Positions 28,800 to 43,100 of a DNA stretch of 64,000 bases are shown piece after piece. Numbering within the stretch: position 1 is the first letter of the stretch; the number at the start of each line of letters is the position of its first letter. A program made the position numbers and the translations under genes. A model generated the notes under the pieces. That model was given only the letters and a program-made list of their open reading frames with translations, did no database searches and was not told where the DNA came from. This DNA comes from Chrysomallon squamiferum (taxonomy: Eukaryota; Animalia; Mollusca). The DNA lies in NCBI GenBank assembly GCA_012295275.1, contig CM022679.1, positions 14,818,001 through 14,882,000 on the forward strand, given 5' to 3'.

Positions 28800-30943
28800 T
28801 TATAAATTGACGCCAGCATTAACAAGAAGTGGAAAAGTTTCCAGCAGCCAGTCCACTGCAGCTTTGTCGTCTGCTTCGTCTGGTGGAGTTTTTCCTGTTT
28901 TGAAATCATTCAGTTCAGTGACTTGGTGAGTCTCTCCTGATTTCAAGCATACAATCATCATCTTCTCTTTCTTCGTAGCAGTTGCTATTGCCAAATCAAT
29001 GACCTGTTTCCACTGGGTGTTTGGCGTGTCGGAGTTAACAACTACAATAATGCATCGAATAATAGACATCAGTTGTTCGTAGAAAGAGATTGCATTTATT
29101 CTTTCAAACGCAAGCTCCTCATTTCTCGTGACTTTCAGACCGGTATAATTTTGCAGAATTTCCTGAATTTTGTTTGAAATCTGAGATATTTTGCTGTCTT
29201 CTTTGTCATGAAGAATCATGATATCAGCACCGTTTATTTCATCTTCTTTGTTCGTTTTGTAATAGAACGTAAAAATCCTTCTGAAACAAGACCAAGCTTT
29301 ACCCGGTGACTCGCCTCTTGAAAAGATCTGCTGTGCTGTTTTCAAGTAAACTCGATTGACGAGAGAAGAAGGAATGTGATCAGCTTGTTGCGTACCCATC
29401 AGCAGACTTACACACAGTCTGGCATTTTCGTATTTTTGTTGATTGAGGTATTCCTCTGTAATTGCAATCCAGTCTTGTGGTCCCAGATTTCGCGTTTGAA
29501 TCTTCTCATAAATTGGAAGAGAAGGGGCGAATTCACTGATCATAGAATAAACATCTTTAACTTGCCACGGTATTTCTACTCCACGTGGACCATTCGTTTG
29601 GTTCAGCAAATCAGTTACCGTTCTGAAATGAGTGTGATATTTGTACAGCACTTCTAACGCAGAAGCTTCTACAGCAAGAGTTTTGTAGTTTATCATTTTT
29701 TCTTTCTTCAGCCGAGCCTGTTCCTCTGAAGAAAGTCTCCAATTTTCACTTTTTTCAAAATAGATAAAACTCATATTTTTCAATGCGCTAATTTCTGGGA
29801 ATGGATCGATATAAGAGTCGGCTGTTTCTGTTACAATTTTGAAGTGCTGTTCAGCATCTTCGTAGCATTTTTTACTCATGTAAGCTAAAGCCAAGTCATA
29901 CTCTGCAGGATAATTGTCTGTTATTTCAACCGCCTCCTTTAGACAGCGAATAGCACGATCTAATGTTTCCGGGTTATTTTGTTTTCTCGCTTTTTTCCGC
30001 AGAACCTTTCCCAGCTGATGAAAAGCTTTCGTTGCTCGCGTACGACTAACTGACCGTTGTAACATTGTCTCAGCCTCATCCAGTCGCTGTGTGTTTTGAA
30101 AATGGTTAGCGCACCTTACAAGTATAAAATCGTCGTCTTTGCCTAACTCAAGAGCTTTCTGGAAATATTCCTCACGCGAAAGCAGTCCAGTTTGTTGTTG
30201 CACCTCTTCTACCAGCTTTTCATCTTCGAATGGTGTCCATCTTAATTCAAGCAGTTTTGCTAAATCCCCGAGCTCGGCAAACGCCATGGCATTCAGTGGT
30301 TCTGGTCCCTTTCTGCTGACTTCTTGTAGCAGTTTACAGCATCTAACAGCGTATTCAACCACATCGATACCTGACTGAATTGAATAGCTTTGAAAGGACA
30401 GAGATCGTCTAAGTGTGAGACCCTCTCGATATTTCCACTCGAATTCGTCTGGACATTTCTTATTTACTTTTCTGTACAGCTCCAGAGCCTTTGGATAAGA
30501 AGCTGGTGATAGTCGAGTGTAGCAATAAGCAAGTTCAGCTTCAGCTACAGTATGCATTCTGTCCAGGTCTCCCTCCAAGTCTTCCAATTCCTCTAATTCT
30601 GATTCAGCAGAACGCTTATCCTGTTTTAGCAGAAATCGCACACGATTTGCACGAGCTACAATGTTAGTAGGGTCACGATCACAGACTTTTAAATTTATCT
30701 CGATTGCCTTCTCTCGATCTCCTAGCAAAAAAAGCAAGAACGAAGTAAAATTGTCGTGACGATTTGTGTGTGTCTTTTCACTTGGTTGATTTCCCACTGA
30801 AGTAGGCATGTCTTCTTCCCGTTGTTCTAACTTTCTAAGCAGTTCTTCTCTGCGCTGTTTTGTGTAGAACATGAGATCTGTCAGATGAAAGGAGTGAGGA
30901 AATGATTGTAATCTCTTTTCGAAGGCGATATCTTCATCCGTAC
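28800..30943 (-). CDS. TPR-TIR family copy 3, main exon; intact ~736 aa TTC22/IFIT-like TPR protein with C-terminal TIR-like domain
   Basis: The 690 aa ORF extends upstream in frame (TDEDIAFEKRLQSFPHSFHLTDL) to a poly-T/CAG acceptor at 30944-30946. It has TPR-type helices (AFAELG, YFQKALEL, AFHQLGKVL, YDLALAY) and a TIR-like tail starting at GADIMILHD. Confidence 0.9.
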
Positions 30944-30946
30944 CTG

Positions 30947-30979
<33 letters not shown>

Positions 30980-31090
30980 AAAAATAAGTGATCTGAATTT
31001 TCTGAAGTAAAAGTCTTTTCTAAAATTATAATTTCGATTTTCCTTTATTTTTTTTTTATTAAACTGACGATGAGCAATGATAATATGTTG

Positions 31091-31163
<73 letters not shown>

Positions 31164-31320
31164 ATTATGTGTGTGTGTGGTTGTTTGCTAGTATTTTTAA
31201 GTAGATATCTCTATGTAGATATATGTGACAGAGAGAATAATGTGTTTATAAAAGTAACCAGAGTAATGTAACATCAAAGTGTAATTCTACATAATACGGA
31301 TCCTGATTAATATTTCTCAC

Positions 31321-31387
31321 CACCAATATTTATCCTGGCAAAATCCGTATCTATCGATGTTGTACTTTGCTCTTTTCTCGAAGTCAT
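31321..31387 (-). CDS. TPR-TIR family copy 3, start-codon exon (MTSRKEQSTTSIDTDFARINIG)
   Basis: ATG at 31387 is preceded by a TTTTAG acceptor. The G|GTGAG donor is phase 1, matching the main exon; 67+2144 nt = 737 codons. Confidence 0.75.
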
Positions 31388-32469
31388 TTTCCTAAAAGTA
31401 TGTAATAAAATGTTTTAGTAATATTATAAATCTTATAGCTGTATTGAACATCATGCATTTAAAAAGCCATGGATAAGAAGTAAATACTAGTAATAAATAG
31501 AAAATTAAAAATAAATAAATAAAAAACGAACAAAGAAATCGAAAGAGAAAGAAATAGAAAGAACACATTTAAAAAAATATATATTGTAATAAGAAAATAA
31601 ATAAATAAATAAATAAATAAATACGAAAATTACTGTATTTCTACGTTTTATCTAGAAACACAACGACATCTACAGATTATACACTCTTAATTATGTTTAA
31701 TAGCTATCTTGAGCGTTATCAACCGATGTATGATAATACAGAAACACAAACGGGTGTGTGAATCTAGGTCACTGAAATATGTAAGAAAGATAGCGAATAT
31801 GAACACCGGGGAGAAGTAATAGTTATTTATAGATTAGTTTGTAGTTGGATTTTTTCTTTTTTCTGTAATGTTGAGCAATTGTAGCTGTCTATGCTTGGGT
31901 CACAGAATAAAATGCTTAAAAAGAAATAAAGAAAAAAGCAAAAAAGTAAATGTTTCGCCTAACCCTTATCTAAATACTAATTGTATTATGCCACCAAAAT
32001 CTTCCTGGTTCCCAAAACATTTACATGGATTTACGAGTAGTTTCTTTCTTGTGTGTTTGTATATTACAGTTCCTTGTAGTTTATACCTCTTAATAGTCAA
32101 TAAACTGTTAGTGAATTATAGCTTGATTTTAATGGACAGTAAAGTATCTCATCGGAAAAACACATTTAAATCAAAGTTGTGCTTACTATGTGTGTGTGTG
32201 TATTTATCTATCTATCTATGATATATATATACACAGACTGACACATATACAGACAGACACATGTGAGAAACAATATACAAAAACAGAACAAAATACAATT
32301 AAAAAATTAAAAACAATATTTGTAACATTAATATTTGGTTTTGTCTGTTTTGGTGCCACGTTATACTTACACACGTTGTTTTTGGAAAATGAAGACTCAC
32401 ACAATGGTTGTTTAACCTTTTGGGTCTCTGAAAAACCCGACTGTTTAACAGAACACGAAGTTTACATTA

Positions 32470-32531
32470 CGCGACGTTTTTCCGGAAACCAACGATTTCG
32501 CGACGTTTTTCCGAAAACCAACGATTTCGCG
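32470..32531. repeat. 29-bp tandem duplication in a CpG-rich patch
   Basis: cgcgacgtttttccg(g/a)aaaccaacgattt occurs twice, followed by cgcg. Confidence 0.9.
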
Positions 32532-32882
32532 CCGTTGATAGGCTGCTAACATGAGTGGCGCAAAAAGTAGTGGACCGCCGTTTTTCCGGAGATATATCAT
32601 GAGTTAAATAAGTAAGCTTGACGTGGTCAACCTCTGTTACTAAATGGTAGCTAGTTTCGTACTTTGTCCTTTATTAATAATAAATACTTATTGTTAGAGG
32701 TCTAAAAACCTTCTCAGTGTATTTTTCGTTTTACGATTTTATTTCAACAAGATTGATCAAAGTGCAACAACCAGAACAAACGGGTGTATATCTGTATAAA
32801 ACTTTGAGCGGTCAAAGTCTTAATAACATGTAGATAATGTGCGTGTGATGAAAACACTAAATGTGATAAGTTCAAATCATTA

Positions 32883-32943
<61 letters not shown>

Positions 32944-34549
32944 GTTGATTCAGTCGCTTATATATAGATGATTGTTTTATTAAAATTCTTAGTTACTGAT
33001 TCAGTCATCTTCTTTCTTTTTTTTTAAACAAACACACTCACCAAAAAAAATATTTCAGAAGATGACAAAATAACAGTTAAAATATAACAATGAAAACTGT
33101 ATTAAATAAATAAATAATTATATGTTTTAATGCACAAGTGATGAATGAAACATTATTTAAATATCTAATATAATGATAGTAATAACAAAACTTAAATCAA
33201 ACTTACACGTTCTCGCTGGATCTTCCTTACCCTCAAGCGAACAATTAGAAACTGTGATAGCTCTATCTTTTAAGTGTTGTATAAATCAGGTGTCTACTTT
33301 CCTTTTAAATATTCCACGAATCAGTTCATTAGTAACAGATAGTAGATAAATAAGTAATGTCAAATCAGAAGATAAACACGTGGTGTGATCTTTTCAGATG
33401 ACTATGACGTAAATAAACTCCTGAACGCATGTACTTATTTGATACATTGGCAGGTGTATCCATGTGTGTGTGTACGTGAGCCTATTTGCGCATGTCTATA
33501 TATTCTCTCTGCGTGTGTGTTTGTGTGTGTATTTATATATATTTATGTGTATATGTGTTTTTATATATATTTGGTCTGTGTATATTTTCATATATTTTTG
33601 TGTATTTGTTTATATGTTTGTATGTGTATTTTTTATATTTATGTTTGTATGTCTCCATGTGGATTTCTTGCGTGCGTACACCCTTAATTATATGACTTTT
33701 ACTAAGCGATGAGGAAACAGATATTTTGCTTACACAGATATATTTGGTATGAGTAAAACTTAGCCGTTTAATACTAAACTTGTAGAACTAAACATACATT
33801 TTTGAGGTGTGTGTTCCGCTACAATTGCCGATATGCTAATTCTTACAATCGGTAAAACGCGTGTCATTCTCGCTATTGCGCAGAGCAAATCAGTTAGCAC
33901 TTTATGTCCGTCCTAATCTGATAACGTTCTTCTTTAAGAAAAACTTCTGAAATGTTCTACCCGTAATGATCATATCCCTTGAGTGTTGTAGTAGTAGTAG
34001 TAGTAGTAGTAGTAATAATAAGAACAACAACAACAGTAATAAGAAAACAAACCAAGATATAGAAAATATGAATATCTATCTCCCAACAGAGAACACGTCA
34101 AACATAGACGTAAAAAAACAAAGAAAACAAAATGGAATTTCAAAATTTTAGTTTTAATTTCACCAAAAATGTGAGCTTTTCAACGCTGCAAGACATTCAT
34201 TTTGTTATAAGTGTTATACGTGTAGGGAACTCAAAATTATTAATTTGATAATAAGTTAACATGTATTTTGAACAATTGTATGAAAATGAATTCTTTGTTC
34301 GTATCAATGTCGCTCTACGTTAGAGAGTGATGGTATCTCATTCACGCTGGCAGAACATAATTTTTATATTAAATAAACTGGAAAAGAGGACTTTTTTTTT
34401 TTTGATTTGTGATAATTAAATAAAATGTATACTTTATAACATAACAATTCAGTACTTATCACAAGTTTGCATTCTGTCTGACACCAGATTAGATGCTTTG
34501 AAAACCGGAAATGAATTGTTGTTTACAGCTGTTCTCATAGTGTTTGGTT

Positions 34550-34990
34550 ATATACAGCCTGTATCCTTCCAAATAACTCACTCTTGAGTAGCCACATCAT
34601 CTTTGTAAATGTGTACATATGTAATAAGGGCATACAGTCATTATTGTGTTTATACTGTTGTCATGCGATAATGTTATAACAGTATTTTTTTTAACAAAAA
34701 ACCATTGCTTATAAGGCTTTTATTGTTCTTGTTGTTGTTATTGGTGTTATTATTATTATTGTTGTTGTTGTTGTTGTTTTTGTTGTTGTTGCTGTTGTTT
34801 TTGTTCTTGTTATTTTTAGCCGGGGTAAGCCTCCGTGGAACTGAAAACCAAGCAATAATCCACCCCTGAAACGAAATTTGAACAAGGAACATACTTCATA
34901 CAGAGAGACGGGTGGACCTTTAATTTGACCTGAATAAGAAAAACATTTAGCTAATATTTGAGATTTATTTTATTTTATTTTATTTTTTTA

Positions 34991-35068
<78 letters not shown>

Positions 35069-35760
35069 GTTATTTATTATTATTATTTAATTCCAACATT
35101 TATTATGAAATCCAAATTTTACTGGTTGAAATAAATCTTAGAATCAAATTTCGTAAATTTCTTTCTTTTGTGCCAAGCAGAATTTTGAATGTGTTCTTTC
35201 GTTTGCACATTTTTGATAATAGTGCATGTCAATACAATGACCATGTATATTTATAGTTTAATGGTAAATTTATATGCTTAATAGATTTAGCTGTTTCGCG
35301 AACGTGATAAAACAAACTGTAAGTACATATGACTAATTTTTGTGCAGTTGGAAAAAGAATAAGATAAACACTTGGTATTTGTGACTACTTGAATAAACTG
35401 TTGGAATTTTTCTTATTCAGGTCAAATTAAAGGTCCACCCGTCTCTCTGTATGAAGTATGTTCTTTGTTCAAATTTCGTTTCAGGGGTGGATTATTGCGG
35501 GGTTTTCAATTGCACGGAGGTTTACCACGGCTAAAAGTAACAACAAAACAACAGCAACAACAAAAACAACAACAAGAACAAAATAATAATAATAATAATA
35601 AAAATAACAACAGGAACAACAAAAAAGTACTGTTACAAGATTATCGCATGGCAACAGTATAAACACAGTAATGAATTTACATCCTTATATATGTATGTGT
35701 TTACAAATATGATATTGCTACTCATGAATGAGTTATTTGGAAAGGAGACAGGCTGTTTAT
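34550..35760. repeat. Local inverted duplication (arms ~34550-34945 and ~35408-35760)
   Basis: taatttgacctgaataagaaaaa at 34921 is the reverse complement of tttttcttattcaggtcaaatta at ~35407. Similarity extends ~350-400 bp. Confidence 0.85.
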
Positions 35761-37301
35761 TCGTTGTTAATATGGAAATGAAACGTGGATAATAATATCG
35801 ACATTTTTGTAATTTCAGCTTCAAGAGGTAATTTCCATGAAAAATACTTGAGTCGTTATCTTCTTCTTTTGTGGACGTTATGAATATTTTAATATATTTT
35901 GTAATCCTCTCCAATGTATTTCATTTCACGTCAAACATGGCTTCCAAGACTTTAAGTGTTTAGGTCAGGGTACATCTAAATGTAGCACTGATTCTCTGAG
36001 AAGTTAAATTCTACATAAAAAAAAAATCAGTCTGATCTACATTGATGTATTCACGTTGAATGTACACTTTTGTTTATTTGCCAGGATATGTCAGGCGATA
36101 TTAAAATTATAAATCTGTTGTATTCTCAGATGAAATCAAACAGGCCAGTACAGAACGTTATAATTTACTCTTATCTTATATGTGTTTACTTATTTAACTT
36201 GATAAAGTCTTTCTTCTTTTGTATTCACTTAGCCCGACCAGTCTTGTCTGTATGGGGACATTCTATTATCGACATGTCCAGTCGACCTGATAACAGAACA
36301 CACTGCTGTGTTAAGTACTTCACGTGATCACTCAGTGTTAAGTAGTTCACCATGAAACCATTATCCGTACCTGGCACAAAAGGTATGCCAACTACTTGTT
36401 TCGATATCGATATATGAGTAATCATGTCAACCAGTATTTTTCTTCACACTAAAGCTTTACGAATAAATTCTGAAATTTACTTTTTATACACTAAAGAGAG
36501 GTATAAATAATTTCATTAACATCGGTAAAAATTCTTTATTAGCTAAATGCTGAAAAAATGTTTCCAAATGTACTGTTTATTTATTAAATTAATGTCGGCC
36601 GTTTAGTTATTGTTATATCCAATTATTTATTTATTTGTTTCTGGTTTTGTATGTGTTAATACTTGAATTAATTGGATAGGTTAAAGATATTGCCACGTTG
36701 TCCGTAGCAAACGTGTGTTATGTAATATGTTTTATGTACATTATGTACTCTTCTTATTATAACGTAATTATTTATTACGTATTCAACATCTCAGTAATTC
36801 TCACTTGTGTTGGTTATAAATGAATTGTTTATAATTTTATATTTTTTCATTTTCCTTTTGAGCCTCTGATATCATTACTTTGTTTTAACTGTTTTTGTTT
36901 TATTCTATATTCATTTTATTAAAGAATAAATGATTGGGTTAATTAATGAATACATTAAATAATAGATAAATGAAACAATGAGTGAATGAATGAATACGAA
37001 AGTCTAATCTATTTTCAAATTATCGGTATCAGACTGCTCTTCGTTTTTGTGTCTTTCTTCAATTCTTTCTTCTTCTCTTTCATCTTTATTTTCAGTTAAT
37101 TATATCGTGTTTTTGTTCTTTGTTTGTTTTTAAATGTAGGATGGTTATCAAGAAAATTCTTAAGACCAAAATGCAAAAGAAAAGTGGAAAAAGTGTTTAA
37201 GTGTACTAAAGAAATAAGAATTACACTTGTGTTGTTTTGTCTCTCTGTGGACCATATGTTTTTCAATACGTATTTTTGCATAAACACACATACACACACA
37301 C

Positions 37302-37415
<114 letters not shown>

Positions 37416-37747
37416 TTTTTATGTGGTTTTGTTTAACGATGACAAAAGACAATAAAACCAACTTGTCTACGTCTCTCTATTTATTTCACGATCTACATCT
37501 AGCTATCTTTCTAATATTTATTTATTGTTGATTCATCGCATTAGTACTACTGATGCTTAGATTCGTTCAATTATATCATTTTATTTATTTATTTATTTTT
37601 TCTCTTTTTTTTTCAGATCATCAGGATTTGAAAGTGGACTGGATTGTTATTCCTTAACAAATCAAGATACTGCTAATTTTTATTTAATTACGTAACAATA
37701 ATTATTATCAGCAATAGTTGTAGTACTCTTAATAGCAGCAGTAGTTA

Positions 37748-37803
<56 letters not shown>

Positions 37804-38052
37804 TTTTAGTCCTACATATTGTTTCTATATTTTAAATTAGAAACGAATTTAAATATGGAATAATTATATTTTCAAATTTAAATTATATTCATTACCTCAT
37901 TATTGTTCTTGTTGTTGTTATTATCAATGATGTAGTAGTAGTAATAGGAGCAGTAGGAAAAGTGCTACATTTTACGGTTCCTGTTATTTTTTTGCTCATT
38001 GCTGATGTCACCTTCATTGTTGTTCTATTTCTTTTTCGTTTTATCATTACAA

Positions 38053-38124
<72 letters not shown>

Positions 38125-38917
38125 AGAGGTTAAGATGAAAAGGATAAAAGATTGGTTTAGACATTTCACCTGATAACAGTAACATCACACAAAGCTGTTT
38201 ATGTAAAATAGCTCTTTACACAAAAATAAGATATACTAAAACAGCTTACACTTCCAACTCTAAATTACAAAATAACCAAAAACTATTCACATACAAAGAT
38301 TTTATCATTAACACAATTCGCTGACCTGGAGGCACAATTACACATAAAACAATAAAAACAGAAAACGATTCTCTAAAGCAGCATTTTATTCAAGTATAAT
38401 TACTTTATATATAGAGAGACACACGTAATATATATTATTTTATATTATATTAAATTTTAGGAAAGCTGTGTTATTATTATGATTCTACTATTACCATCCT
38501 TCTGAGTCATTAGATTATACAAATTTCATTTCAAGCACAAAGTTATTCAAATACATTAAAATAACTGCAGACCGTCTGTACATCCTCTATATTTTTCTTT
38601 TCTAACCTCTACATATATATTATTTTGTTCCTCAAATGTAAACCTTATTTTCTGACTATTTACTTATATTCATAAAATTGAAAATTTCAGTACTCGAAAT
38701 CATTTCCACTTCTAGCAGTTTCTTAAGAAAGGATCTTAATATAATTGTAATTATTTGTATAATTTGTGTTGTTCCTGTTGTTGTTGTTTACCTTCAAATT
38801 ATTATTATTATTATTATCATTATCATCATCATCATCATTAACATAATAATTATTATTCTGGTTTACAATCCATGCAGTTCATTTCAATTTCTACTTAGGA
38901 TTTGTAAATTGTCGTAT

Positions 38918-41469
<2,552 letters not shown>

Positions 41470-41611
41470 TATCCTAAAAGAAAGTCACAAAATATTTTAT
41501 TAATATTGTTTTTTGGCTCCACTGTACTTTTCTCTGGAACGTAATATAATTGTTTTCAAAAACCCAGGAATAAATAAAAATGAAATAAGTAAATAAATAA
41601 ATATATAAATA

Positions 41612-41673
<62 letters not shown>

Positions 41674-42682
41674 TAATAATGATTATAATAATAACAATAA
41701 TCAATGAGAAAAAGAACATTTTTTTTTAAATAAATAAATAAAGTATTTCTAGTTTGAAACTAAATTATCTAGCACTTCCAGCAGTTCTCCTTTCTCAACC
41801 GGCATCAGGTAAACATATCGCCCTTATCAGCCTATGTATAAGAGCATAGAGAGAGAATCGGGTGTAGTCGATAACTATAGCGAGTAAAGAGACCCGTAAG
41901 GTATGAGATATATTTATTAAACAGTTGTTAGTAGGATTTTTTCTATTTCTTTTTCGTTTTATCATTACAATTTATTATTATTATTATTATTATCATTATT
42001 ATTATTATTACTATTATTAGACATTAAGATGAAACGGACAAAAGATTGGTTTAGACATTTAACCTGGTAACAGTAACTTCACAAAAATAAGATATATTAA
42101 AACAGCTTACAGTTCCAACTCTCAAATACAAAATCACCAAAAACTATTCACATACAAAGATTTTCTCATTAACACAATTCGCTGACCTGGAGGCACAATT
42201 ACACCAAAACAATCAAAACAGAAAAGGATACTCTAAAGTAACATTTTATTAAAGTATAATTATTTTATAGAGAGAGAGAGAGACGTAATATATATATATA
42301 TAAATATATATATATATATTTTATATTATATTAAAGTTTAGAGAAATTGTGATACTATTATCATCCTACTATTATCATCCTTCTGATTCTTTAGATTACA
42401 AAAATTTCATTTCAAGCACAAAGTTATTCAAATACATTAAAATCACTGCAGACTGTCTGTACATCCTCTATATTTTTCTTTTCTAAGCTCCACATATATA
42501 TTGTTTTGTTCTTCAAAAATAAACCTTGTTTTCCGATTATCTACTTATATTCTTAAAACTGAAATATTCAGTAATGGAAATAAATTCCACTTCTAGCAGT
42601 TTCTTAAGAAGTGATCCCAATATAATTGTAATTATTTGTATAATTTTTTGTTGTTCCTGTTATAGTTGTATACCTTCAAATG

Positions 42683-42732
<50 letters not shown>

Positions 42733-42864
42733 CATTATAATTTTTTATTTTGTTTATTATATTATTATTATCATCACCATCATCATTAACATAATAATTA
42801 TTATTCTGGTTTACTTCCAAGCAGTTTATTTCAATTTCTACTTAGGATTTGTAAATTGTCGAAT

Positions 42865-43100
42865 TTACAAATTGACGTCAGCATTAACAAGAAGTGGAAA
42901 AGTTTCCAGCAGCCAGTCCACTGCAGCTTTGTCGTCAGCTTCGTCTGGTGGAGGTTTTCCTGTTTTGAAACCATTCAGTTCAGTGACTTGGTGAGTCTCT
43001 CCTGACTTCAAGCATACAATCATCATCTTCTCCTTCTTAGTAGCAGTTGCTATCGCCAAATCAATTACCTGTTTCCAGTGTGTGTTTGGAGTGTCGGAGA
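42865..43100 (-). pseudogene. TPR-TIR family copy 5, C-terminal fragment with its 3' flank
   Basis: Encodes only SDTPNTHWKQVIDLAIATA...LLVNADVNL*. Homology ends abruptly at ~43100. Confidence 0.85.

Noticed and set aside
28800-30872. Bacterial TPR-TIR anti-phage gene or contamination
   Set aside because: Spliceosomal intron boundaries, microsatellite-rich flanks and low gene density indicate a eukaryotic nuclear locus.
30947-30977. Poly-A run as a retroelement tail (also ~51357)
   Set aside because: On the minus strand it is the poly-T tract directly before the CAG acceptor of the main exon.
32470-32531. CRISPR-like repeat
   Set aside because: Only two adjacent copies, no spacers, eukaryotic context.
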